Shown here one piece after another: positions 27,641 through 39,106 of a stretch of 64,000 bases of DNA (positions are counted from its first letter, which is position 1; the number at the start of each line of letters is the position of its first letter). The stretch lies in contig CBDESU010000002.1 of assembly GCA_965242695.1 (NCBI GenBank), forward strand, positions 1,600,001 through 1,664,000, given 5' to 3'. Both the position numbers and the translations under genes were made by a program. The DNA comes from Cenarchaeum sp. GTDB taxonomy: Archaea; Thermoproteota; Nitrososphaeria; Nitrososphaerales; Nitrosopumilaceae. A model generated the notes under the pieces. The model did no database searches, had not been told where the DNA came from, and worked only from the letters and a program-made list of their open reading frames with translations.

Positions 27641-30600
27641 ATGGTTATAGGCAAGTGCATGCGCCGCGGTGCGATGGCGGGCGCCCTCGTGCACGCGGCC
27701 GGCGTTGCCGCCCTTGCATGCCTTGCGGCGCTGGCCGCCGCAGCCGCGCTGCCTGATGCGGCGCATGCCCAGGGACCGCCGGACTCGGATGCGCCGTCGA
27801 TCGTCTCGGTCGACGCGACAAGGGTCTTGACGGGGCCGGACTCGTCGGCCGTGTACGTCTCGGTCATGTTCAACGAGACGGTGCGCGTGCAGCCCGATCC
27901 CGACTCGGCGCCGCCGGCAGTGCGGGTTGTGGTGGCGGGCGAGCCGGCGGAGGCCGCATACGCGTCGCTGTCAAGCGACAACAAGACGGTCGTGTTCAGG
28001 TACGACTCGAACCAGGCAGGGAGCGGCCCGGCCGCCGGCTATGTCACGTACGCCTCTGCCATGCCGTTTGCGCTCAACAACGGCTCGATCACGGATGAGG
28101 CAGGCAACGCCGCCGACTTGGAGATGCCCCGCATAGCCGCCAGGCTGGACTCTGCCGCAGTCACGGCCGGCAACGAGATGCTCGTAGCGTACTCGATGCC
28201 CGCGTATGCATCGCCGTCGGACTATGCGAACCTGACGCTCGTGCCGGGCGGGCCGCGGACGGTCACGGCGGTGGCCGGCAACGGGACGACCGAGCATGTC
28301 CTTACGTTCGGCGGCGCGCCGGCGCCGATCGGCGCGACCGCAACAATGGACGTGGCCGAGCTTGGCGACCGCCCGCCCGCGTACTTTGCCGGCGCGTCCG
28401 GCGTGCGGGTGGACGACGGCCGCGAGGGGTTTACAATCGCCGGCTACATCGGGGATCCATTCCCCGTACCACTCCAGTCGCCGTCCGGCCTGGCCGAGGG
28501 GGCGGACGGCACGATCGTAGTCGCCGACACGCTAGGAGGCCACGTTGCCGTGTACCGCGAGGACGGCACGTTCGTCAGGGAGATGGGGACAAAGGGATAC
28601 ATCGACACCAGGCTGGTCGCAGACCCGGCCGACCAGGGCAAGATATACAGGGACCTGGGAACGCAGGGGTATGTCGACGACTCGTCGCTCGGCTTTGAGT
28701 TTTTGTCGTCAAACCGGGGGCACTCCGCCAGCCGCAGGGAATCGACGTGAGGAACGGCACCGTGTACGTCGCCGACATGCGCAACCTCCGCGTGCAGGCG
28801 CTAGACGAGGTGACCGGCAGGAGCACTCAGACGTACCAGGTGTGGGCCAATCCGTACGGCGTGGCGCTGTCCCCCGACGGCGCCACACTGGCCGTGGCCG
28901 CCTCGCCGTGGAACATAGTCAGCCTGGTCAACACGAGCGCGGCGCTGCCGACCGAACGGATTGGCGGCGGCAACGCGTCCCCCGGTAAGCCCCACTGCCC
29001 TCCCCGCCTCATGTGCGATCCGGGATTGGGCAACAACGAGCTCCGCTTCCCGCTTTCCGCCGCATTCGCCGCCAACGGCACAATGTACGTAGCCGACACA
29101 ATCAACGAGCGCATCCAGGTGTTCGCCCCGAACGGCACGTACCTGTCGTCGATTATGATGCCGCCGCTCCCGGGAGGCGAGGCCAACTCGACGGAGCGCG
29201 GCCAGCCGAACCGCCTAGACGTCATCGACGCGTCGGGGACGATACTCGTAAGCGACGGGCTTGGAAGGGCGGTCTACGAGCTCGACGGCGCCGGCGGCAT
29301 CGTCCGCCAGTTCGGCGGCCCAGACCTCTACGACCTGCCGCGGGGCGTGCTCGCGCACAGCAGCGGCATGGTCTACGTGGCAGACGGCGGCACCGACAGC
29401 ATAATCGCGTTCAACGCCGACGGCACGCTCAACGCGACGATCGTCTCTGCGCTGCACGGCCCGCTAGAGTTCGGGGCGCTGTTCGGCATTGCGGTCGAGC
29501 CCGACGGCCGGATCGTCGTCGTCGACGGCGGCAACGACCGCGTCCAGTTCGTCAGGCGGGCCGACAACGGCACGTACGTGCACGACGGGTCGTTCGGCGA
29601 GCGCGGATCGGGCGACGGCCAGATGTGGTTCCCCGCCGGCACCGCCATTGCGCCCAACGGGGACATACTCGTAGCCGACCACACCAACAACCGTGTGCAG
29701 CGGTTCGATGCCGACGGCGCGTACAAGTCGCAGTTCAACGTCACGACGGCGGACGGCCGGCAGGTGCCCCCGCGCGGGATTGCAGTGGACTCGGACGGCT
29801 CGATCTACGTCGCCTCGATCCGGATTGGCGCCATACTAAAGTTCTCGCCCGACGGCAGCCTTGTCCAGTCGCTAAACGCATCGGGCCAGCTCCGGGCGCC
29901 GACCAGCCTGGACCTGGGGCCCGACGGCTCGCTGTACGTCGTCGACGCGGACGCGGGGACGATCCGCGTCATTGATGCCGACGGCTCGCTCCTGCTCAAC
30001 GCCGGCGTGCCGGCGCAGCCGGGCTTTTACTTCCGGCCCGGGTGGCTCCAGGGCCCGCACGATGTCGCAGTCGACTCCAACGGCAGAATAATCGTCGCCG
30101 ACACGGGCCACGACCGCCTGCAGGTATTCGACCACGCCGGCGGGTTCGTCATGTCCGCCGGCACGTTCGGGTTCTGCCCGCACCCCGACTGCCTGGGGCA
30201 CGGCATCCAGTTCGACCAGCCGTTCGGGGTGGTGATGGGCCCCGACGGCCTAGTATACGTCGCCGACACGCGCAACCACCGCGTCGTCGCGCTAGAGCCG
30301 CGCGACGCCGCCGCGCCGTCCATAGTGTCCGTCGATACGACAAGGGTACTGACAGGGCCGAGCATGTCCAGCGTGTACGTCTCGGTCGTATTCGACGAGC
30401 CGATGCGCGTGTACGAGCGCCCCGACTCGGCGCCGCCGGCCGTCCGGATAGCAATCGCCGGCGAGCCCGCAGAGGCCGCGTACGAGTCGGGGTCGGGCAC
30501 CGAGACGCTCGTGTTCCGCCACGCCTCGGGCCAGCCCGGAAGCGGCCCTGCGGACGGCTATGTCACATACGCCTCGGCCATGCCGTTTGCGCTCAACAAC

Positions 30601-33600
30601 GGCTCGATCACGGATCTGGCCGGCAACAGGGCCGACCTGACAGTGCCCCGCATCGATGCAAAGATGGACTATGCGGCCCTCACGGCCGCCAACGAGATCA
30701 CCGTGGCGTACTCGATGCCCGCGTACGCCTCTCCCGCGGACTATGCGAACCTGGCACTAGAGCCGGGCGGGCCGCGCGCGGTAGTGTCGGTGGCCGGCAG
30801 CGGGACGACCGAGCACGTCGTCGCGTTCGGCGGCGCGCCGGCGCCGATCGGCGCGACCGCAGTGATGGACGTGGCCGAGCTCGCCGGCCGCCCGCCCGCA
30901 TACTTTGCCGGCGAGTCCGGCGTGCGGGTGGCCGACGGCCGCGAGGGGTTTGCGATCGTCGGCCACGTCGGGGATCCCTTCCCCGTGCAGCTCCAGGCGC
31001 CGACGGCCCTGGCAGAGGGGGCGGACGGCACAATTGTAGTCGCCGACACGCTCGGAGGCCACGTTGCCGTGTACCGCGAGGACGGCACGTTCGTAAGGGA
31101 GATGGGGACAAAGGGCTACATCGACACCGCCCTGGTCGCCGACCCTGCCGACCAGAATGCGATATACGGGGAGCTGATAGGGCGCGGGTACGTCGGCGCC
31201 TCGTCGCCGGGACTAGACTTTCTGTCGTCGAACCCCGGGGCGTTCCGCCAGCCGCAGGGGGTCGACGTTCGGGACGGCGTCGTGTACGTCTCCGACATGC
31301 GCAACCTCCGCGTGCAGGCAGTCGACGAGGTGACGGGTCGTCATATTGAGACGTACCCGACATGGTTCAACCCGTACGGCATGGCCCTGTCCCCCGACGG
31401 CGGCACCATGGCAGTGACCTCGCCGATCTGGAACCTGGTCAGCCTGGTCAACACGACCACGGGGCTGCCGCACGGCATGATCGGAGGCGGCGGCGCGGCC
31501 GGCGCCGTCCACTGCCCTCCCCGCCTTGCATGCCCGCCGGGATCGGGCGATGGCGAGTTCTGGTTCCCGCTGTCCATAGCCGTGGCCGGCGACGGCACAA
31601 TGTACGTCGCCGACACGTACAACGAGCGCATCCAGGCGTTTGCCCCGAACGGCACGCACCTGTCGTCCATTCCGATGCCGCCGCTCCCTGTAGGCGATGC
31701 CGACTCGGCGGCGCGCGGCCAGCCGTACCGCCTGGACGTCAACGACGCGGCCGGGACGATACTTGTAAGCGACGGGCTTGCAAGGACGGTCTACGAGCTG
31801 AACGGCACGGGCGGCATCGTCCGCCAGTTCGGCGGCCACGACCTCTACGACCTGCCGCAGGGCGTGCTCGCGCACAGCAGCGGCATGGTCTACGTGGCAG
31901 ACGGCGGCGCCGACAGCATAATCGCGTTCAACGCCGACGGCACGCTCAACGCGACGATCGTCTCGGCACTGCACGGCCCGCTCGAGTTTGGCTCGCTGAT
32001 TGGAATCGCAGTCGCGCCCGACGGCCGGATCGTCGTCGCCGACAGCGGCAACGACCGCGTCCAGTTCGTCCGGCGGGCCGGCAACGGGACGTACGTGCAC
32101 GACGGGTCGTTTGGCGAGAGCGGCTCGGGCGACGGCCAGGTGTCGTTCCCCGCCGGCACCGCCATTGCGCCCAACGGCGACATCGTCGTAGCCGATTATC
32201 TCAACGACCGCGTGCAGAGGTTCGACTCGGCCGGCGCGTACAAGTCGCAGTTCAACGTCACGACGGCCGACGGCCGGTCCGTGCCCCCGCGCGGGATCGC
32301 CATGGGGACCAACGGCTCGATCTACGTCGCCTCGAACCTGGCCGATGCGGTGCTGGAGTTCTCTTCCGACGGCTCCCTGGTGCGGTCGCTCAACGCCTCG
32401 GGCCTGTTCCAGGCGCCGACCAGCCTCGACATTGGCCCCGACGGCTCGATCTATGTCGTCGACGCCGACGCGGCGACTGTCCGCGTCCTTGATGCCGACG
32501 GCTCGCAGCTGTTCAGCGTCGGAGTGCCGGCGCAGCCGGGCTTTTTCTTCCGGCCCGGCTGGCTCCAGGTCCCGGACGACGTGGCAGTCGACGCCAACGG
32601 CAGAATAATCGTGGCCGACACGGGCCACGACCGCCTGCAGGTCTTCGACCACGCCGGCGGGTTCGTCATGTCTGCCGGCGCGTTCGGGTTCTGCCCGCAC
32701 CCCGACTGCCTGGGCCACGGCATCCAGTTCGACCAGCCGTTCGGCGTGACGACGGGCCCCGACGGCCTCGTGTACGTGGCCGACACGCGCAACCACCGCG
32801 TCGTCGTCCTAGAGCCGCGCGATGCCGATGCACCGTCGATAGTATCCGTCGATGCGACAAGGGTGTCGACCGGCCCGGATGCGTCATACGTGTACGTCTC
32901 GGTCACGTTCGACGAGCCGATGCGCGTGTACCAGCGCCCCGACTCGGCGCCACCTGCGGTCCGGATATCCATTGCCGGCGGGCCCGCAGAGGCCGCATAC
33001 GCCTCGGGGTCGGGCACCGAAACGCTCGTGTTTCGCCACGCCTCCGATCAGGCCGTGAGCGGCCCGGCGGACGGCTACGTCACGTACGCCTCGGCCGAGC
33101 CGTTTGCGCTCAACAACGGATCAATCACGGACGCGGCCGGCAACCGCGCCGACCTGTCGATGCCGCGCATAGAGGCACGGCTGGAGTCGGCCGCCGTCGC
33201 GTCGGGCAACGAGGTCCTCGTCGCGTACTCGAGGCCGGCCTACGCCTCGCCCTCGGACTATGCGAACCTGACGCTCATGCCGGGCGGGCCGCGGACGGTC
33301 ACGGCGGTGGCCGGCAATGGGACGACCGAGCACGTCCTCGCATTCGACGGCGCGCCGGCTGCGATCGGCGCCACTGCTTCCATGGACATTGCAGAGCTCG
33401 CGGACCGCCCGCCGGCATACTTTGCAGGCGCATCCGGCATGCGGGTCGACGACGGCCGCGAGGGGTTTGCGATCGCCGGCCATATCGGGGATCCCTTCCC
33501 CGTGCAGCTCCAGTCGCCGTCCGACCTGGCAGAGGGGGCGGACGGCACAATCGTAGTCGCCGACACGCTCGGAGGCCACGTTGCCATGTACCGCGAGGAC

Positions 33601-36600
33601 GGCACATTCGTAAGGGAGATGGGAACAAAGGGCTACCTTGACACCTCCCTGGTCGCCTACCCTGCAGACCAGAATGCGATATACGGGGAGCTGGCAAGGC
33701 GGGGCTACGTCGGCCCCTCGTCGCCGGGCCTCGACTACCTGTCGTCAAACCCCGGGGCGTTCCGCCAGCCGCAGGGGCTCGACGTTCGGGACGGCGTCGT
33801 GTACGTCGCCGACACGCGCAACCTCCGCGTGCAGGCCGTCGACGAGGTGACCGGCAGGCACCTTCAGACGTACCAGGTGTGGTCCAACCCGTACGGTGTG
33901 GCGCTGTCCCCCGACGGCGCCACCATGGCAGTGACCTCGATCTGGAACCTGGTCCTCCTGGTCAACGCGACCACGGGGCTGCCGTACGACATGATCGGCG
34001 GCGGCGCGGCCGGCGCGACCAACTGCCCTTCCCGCTTGGCATGCCTGCCGGGCTCGGCCGAGGGCGAGTTCCGGTCCCCGCTGTCCATCGCCGTGTCTGG
34101 CAACGGCACGATGTACGTCGCCGACACGTACAACGAGCGCATCCAGGCGTTCGCCCCGAACGGCACGCACCTGTCGTCGATTCCAATGCCGCCGCTCCCT
34201 GGAGGCGATGCCAACTCGACGGCGCGCGGCCAGCCGTACCGCCTGGACGTCAACGAGGCGGCCGGGACGATACTCGTAAGCGACGGGCTCGCAGGGACGG
34301 TCTACGAGCTCGACGGCGCCGGCGGCGTCGTCCGCCAGTTCGGCAGCCCGGGCCCCTACGACCAGCCGCAGGGCGTGCTCGCGCACAGCAGCGGCATGGT
34401 CTACGTCGCCGACGTCGACTCGGACATGATAATCGCGTTCAACGCCGACGGGACCCTCAACGGGACGATCGTCTCGGACGCGCACGGCCCGCTAGAGTTC
34501 GGCGAGATATTCGGCATTGCGGTCGAGCCCGACGGCCGGATTGTCGTCGCCGACGGCGGCAACGACCGCGTCCAGTTCGTCCGGCGGGCCGGCAACGGGA
34601 CGTACGTGCACGACGGGTCGTTCGGCGAACGCGGCTCGGGCGACGGCCAGATGTGGTTCCCGACCGGCACGGCCATTGCGCCCAACGGCGACATACTCGT
34701 GGCCGACTATGTCAACGACCGCGTGCAGAGGTTCGACTCGGCCGGCGCGTACAAGTCGCAGTTCAACGTCACGACGGCGGACGGCAGGTTGGTGCCCCCG
34801 CGCGGGATCGCCATGGGGACCAACGGCTCGATCTACGTCGTCTCGAACCTGGCCGGCGCGGTGCTCGAGTTCTCGCCCAACGGCTCCCTGGTGCGGTCGC
34901 TCAACGCATCGGGCCTGTTCCGGGCACCGACCGGCCTCGACATCGGCCCCGACGGCTCGATCTACGTCGTCGACTCGGACGCGGCGACTGTACGCGTCCT
35001 TGATGCCGACGGCTCGCCGCTGTTCAGCGTCGGCGAGCCGGGGCAGCTGGGATTCTTCTTCCGGCCCGGGTGGCTCCAGATCCCGGGCGACGTGGCAGTC
35101 GACGACAACGGCCGCATCATCGTAGTCGACACGGGCCACGACCGCCTGCAGGTCTTCGACCACGCCGGCGGGTTCGTCATGTCCGCCGGCACGTTCGGGT
35201 TCTGCCCGCACCCAGACTGCCTGGGCCACGGCATCCAGTTCGACCAGCCGTTCGGCGTGACGGTGGGGCCCGACGGCCTCGTCTACGTCGCCGACACGCG
35301 CAACCACCGCGTCGTGGCGCTCGAGCCGCGCGATGCCGATGCGCCGTCGATCGTGTCGGCCGCATCCGCCGTCAACGCCACGACGGGGTCGGCGACCGTC
35401 TCGGTCGTATTCGACGAGCCGATGCGCGTGTACCAGCGCCCCGACTCGGCGCCGCCGTCCGTCCGGATCACAGTTGGCGGCGAGCCCGCAGAGGCCGCGT
35501 ACGCGTCGGGGTCGGGCAGCGCAACGCTCGTATTCCGGCATGTTCCGGCGCAGGACGGCGGCGGCTCTGGGGGCGGGAGCGTAGGGTACGCCTCGGCAGA
35601 GCCGTTTGCGCTCAACAACGGCTCGATCACGGATGCGGCCGGCAATCGCGCCGACCTGTCGATGCCGCCCATGCCGGATCCGGAAGAGGGCGGCGCGCGG
35701 GATGCAGAGCCAGTTGTAGTAGTGGTCCCGCCGCCGGCGCCCGGCCCGGCCGCCGGGCAGTTCTTCGGCGGCGGCGGAGGGGGCGGCGGAGGGGGCGGCG
35801 GCGGCGGAGGCTCCTCCGTACTTGCCCCGTCCACATCCGGCGCAGTCTCTGTCGATTCCGTCTCGTGGGACTGCGACGAGGGGACGATGCGGATCGCGGT
35901 CGGCGTGGCGGGCGGATCTGGCGCGTCCGTGCGGCCGGACGTCGAGGTCATGTCTCCGGCCGGAACGGTGGCGGCAAGTGCGGCCGATCGGCAGGCACCA
36001 GGCAGCAGCACGTTCGCATACGAGGCGTCCCTGCCGGAGGACACGCTCCTGCTGATCCGGGCATCGCTTGTCGACGGGCGCACCGTCCATTCCGTATCCG
36101 AGACCGTCCGCACGGACGGGAGGTGCACCGGCGAGGTGGTCTTTGCGCAGGCCGGAACGGACGCCCCGGCGCCGCCAGAGGCGCCGCCAGAGGCGCCGCA
36201 GGCCGGCGCTGATGCCGCAGCCGGCGACGACGTGGCCGAGGCCGAGGCGGGGATGGACGAGGCGGAGGAAGAGGATCACCCGCACCCGCACCCGCACCCG
36301 CACGAGCCTGCCGATGCTGCGCCAGGCGGAGAGATGCCAAGCGCAGAGATGCCGGGCGAGGAGACGGCGGGCGATGCGATGCCCCCGATGCCGCCGCCGG
36401 CCGAGCCCGCGGACGCTCAAGATGCGCCGCCGGCCGAGCCCGCGATGCCTGTAGGCGGCACACCTGCCGGGGACGACGGGGATGCTGCGCCGTCCGACGC
36501 CGCCGCCGGGCCGCCGGCTGCCCAGCCGGACGCGGAGGGCGGCGGCTGCCTGATCGCAACTGCCGCCTACGGGACCGAGCTTGCCCCGCAGGTGCAGGCG

Positions 36601-36912
36601 CTGCGCGAGTTCCGCGACGGCCAGCTGCTCTCGACGGGCGCCGGCTCTGCGCTCATGGCCTCGTTCAACACGGCGTACTATGCCGTCTCCCCGCAGATGG
36701 CCGACTTGGAGCGCGAGCACCCGGCCCTTCGCGACGCCGTCCGCCTTGCAATCGCGCCCGTGCTGCACGCAGCCCACGCCGCCTCGCAGGCCGTGGAGGC
36801 ATCCGTAGACGGCGCCGCCTACGCGGCCGCCTTTGCCTCGCTGCTTGCCGCCGCGTGCGTTGCCGCCCCGTCCGCCGTTGCCTCCCGCCATGCGCGCCGG
36901 CCCTCCTCGTGA
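27641..36912 (+). CDS. Giant NHL/beta-propeller repeat surface protein with C-terminal CFI-box-CTERM domain; split by a 1-nt frameshift near 28716 (ORFs 27641-28750 and 28747-36912)
   Basis: Signal peptide, many YVADT.N.R(V/I)Q repeats, GGGCLIATAAYGTELAPQVQ plus terminal TM; intact internal repeats show the N-terminal ORF is continuous once one base is restored. Confidence 0.85.
27787..35670 (+). repeat. Three ~2.5-kb tandem intragenic repeat units plus a partial fourth
   Basis: (D/A)APSIVS unit starts at ~27787, ~30307, ~32827, ~35338. Confidence 0.9.
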
Positions 36913-37037
36913 GGGGGCCTGGCACCCGGCCGCATCCGTCCCCGCACGCACGCCCGCCCGCCGGGCGGCTGATCCGCGCCACACGGCTGTCGCCCGCCCG
37001 GAAACACAGATAACGCCAGCGCCGCGCCGCCGCGCGC

Positions 37038-37544
37038 ATGGGCGGCTCCGTCGAGGGCGGCGCGGGCGCCGAGCAGTTCTCCGTGCGCGGCGTCACACCG
37101 GGCGACCTGATCTCCGTCATCGAGATCAACCTAAAGACGCTGCCCGAGCACTACTCGGACTACTTTTACGAGAGCCTGCTCGCCGAGCTGCCCGAGGCGT
37201 TCCTGCTCGCCGAGGCCGGCACAAAGGCTGTAGGCTACATCATGTGCAAGACCGAGTACGGATTCTCGAACTTTAGAAAGCTCGGCTTCGTCAAGAAGGG
37301 CCACCTCGTCTCGGTCGCCGTCGTGCGCACCCACAGGGGCATGGGGGTCGGCAAGGCGCTCGTGTGCAGGGCCGTAGAGGGCGTGCGCTCGCGCAAGTGC
37401 GACGAGCTGTACCTGGAGGTGAGGTGCAGTAACACGATCGCCGTGCGCATGTACGAGGAGATGGGGTTCTCCATACGGCAGCGCCTCGGCACATACTACA
37501 AGGACGGCGAGGACGCATTCCTCATGTCGATCGAGCTGCGGTAG
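37038..37544 (+). CDS. N-terminal acetyltransferase (Ard1/RimI family)
   Basis: INLKTLPEHY, VGYIMC, GHLVSVAV, LEVRCSN, YYKDGEDA. Confidence 0.92.
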   Translation: MGGSVEGGAGAEQFSVRGVTPGDLISVIEINLKTLPEHYSDYFYESLLAELPEAFLLAEAGTKAVGYIMCKTEYGFSNFRKLGFVKKGHLVSVAVVRTHRGMGVGKALVCRAVEGVRSRKCDELYLEVRCSNTIAVRMYEEMGFSIRQRLGTYYKDGEDAFLMSIELR

Positions 37545-37856
37545 GGGGCGCGCCTAGACGGGGCCGGAGCAGGAGGCCGCAGATGCGGGCTGCCGCGCAG
37601 TGCCTGCAGTGCGCGCCGGGACGGGACGGCGGCCTGCACGCTCGCCGCTAGGCCCTGTTCGGGGTGCCGACGCCGTTGCTACCGCCGCTGCCGGCCACGC
37701 TCTGCAGGCGCTCGTCGTCGGGGGCCTCGTTGCCGAGTATGCGCAAAAACTCTTCATACCCTGCCCGAGCTGGCGCATCCATGTGACCCTTGTGCATGCG
37801 CCCCTCCCCTGCGCATCCTGCCTAGACTAATAACGCGCGCTCCCCGCGCCACTGCG

Positions 37857-38231
37857 ATGGGGCGGCGCAAGGCGGTTGGCGCGGCGATCTTTGCGCTGTC
37901 CATGGTCGGGTTCGTCGCGTACGCCTACCTCCTCATGCTATCCGAGTGGAGCCCGATCGTGCTCCAGCTGTCCGTCATGATGATCGTCGGCGGCATACTC
38001 GGCGTCATCTCGTGGATAGGGTACACGATGGCCACCACGCGCCCGTCCTCTTCGCTCGTGTACTTTGATCCCGCCGCGGCGTTTTCGCCCCCGCCGCAGG
38101 GCCCCGGCGCCCCGCGGGCCGGCGGCGAGGGTGCCGGCACGGATGGCGGCAAGGCCGATGCCCCCGGCCCGCCGGGCGGACCGCCGCGCCATCCCGGCGG
38201 CGGCCACGCCGCCGCGGGCGATGTCGCCTGA
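37857..38231 (+). CDS. Small two-TM archaeal membrane protein
   Basis: Two hydrophobic helices ending WIGYTMATT. Confidence 0.75.
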   Translation: MGRRKAVGAAIFALSMVGFVAYAYLLMLSEWSPIVLQLSVMMIVGGILGVISWIGYTMATTRPSSSLVYFDPAAAFSPPPQGPGAPRAGGEGAGTDGGKADAPGPPGGPPRHPGGGHAAAGDVA

Positions 38232-38245
38232 GTCGCCGCTCCGGC

Positions 38246-39106
38246 CTACTTTGAAATGACGGCGTCGACGACGGCCTGGTAGTACCTCGGGCCGATCGCC
38301 CTGACCACCTTCGAGCATGCGATCTCGGCGGGCACCGGCGATGCCTCCCTGAACCGCCGCTCGGCCTCGGCCGGGGCGCCGGACTTTTTGTCGGCGTGGA
38401 CGTGTGCATAGTAGTGGATCGTCCCGCCGTCGGCCGTGGCCCCGACCGCATCGGACAGGAACTCGTCGGATCTCTCGGGCAGCAGCATGAGGGTCCGGTC
38501 GGCCCGGAGGCGCGGCCCGTCCCCCACGCCGAACATGGATGCGGCCACCTCCCTGGCATCGCCGTGCACGGACACGACGCTCCCCCTCATCCTCCTTGCG
38601 TTGCGCGCCGCGTTGGCCTCGCACAGCCGCGCGGCCACGGGGTTTACGTCGACGCTGTACACGGCGCACCGCTCGGCCATGGCGGCCACTATCGAGAACG
38701 CGCCGACGCCGCCGAACATGTTCAGGATCGTCTCGCCGCCGGCAACGGCGCCGGCCACGCGCTGCCTCTCGGTCGCAAGCCTCGGCGAGAAGAACGCCTC
38801 GCGCACGTCGACCTCTAGGCGGCACCCGTGCTCTACGTACAGTGCGACGGGCTCGTCGACGCCGGCGATCAGCTCCAGTCCCCTCGTCCGGTGCTCGCCG
38901 GACACGTCAGTCGACTGCGCGTACACGCTCCTTGCCGGCTTTACGGCGGCGAGCAGCGCGGCGCCGATCTCGGCGCGCCTGTGTTCAAGCGCGCCCGGCA
39001 CCCTGACCACTATGACGTGGCCTATCTGGTCGAAGGCCGAGTACGCGAGGGCCGCCTCGCCGTCCCCGATCGCGCCGCGCAGCGCGGCCCTGAGCATGCG
39101 CGTCAT
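38246..39106 (-). CDS. trm5: tRNA (guanine-37-N1) methyltransferase, Trm5/Met-10+ family
   Basis: AFDQIGHV, EHGCRLEVD...FFSPRLATER, NMFGGVGAF, DVNP; ATG overlaps ABCE1 stop. Confidence 0.85.
   Translation of the reverse strand: MTRMLRAALRGAIGDGEAALAYSAFDQIGHVIVVRVPGALEHRRAEIGAALLAAVKPARSVYAQSTDVSGEHRTRGLELIAGVDEPVALYVEHGCRLEVDVREAFFSPRLATERQRVAGAVAGGETILNMFGGVGAFSIVAAMAERCAVYSVDVNPVAARLCEANAARNARRMRGSVVSVHGDAREVAASMFGVGDGPRLRADRTLMLLPERSDEFLSDAVGATADGGTIHYYAHVHADKKSGAPAEAERRFREASPVPAEIACSKVVRAIGPRYYQAVVDAVISK

Noticed and set aside
34492-36984. Long antisense and alternate-frame ORFs (this one, 49773-52106, 25115-26908, 44230-45807 and many others)
   Set aside because: Expected shadow ORFs in very GC-rich DNA; they overlap well-supported genes and have low-complexity Arg/Ala/Pro translations.
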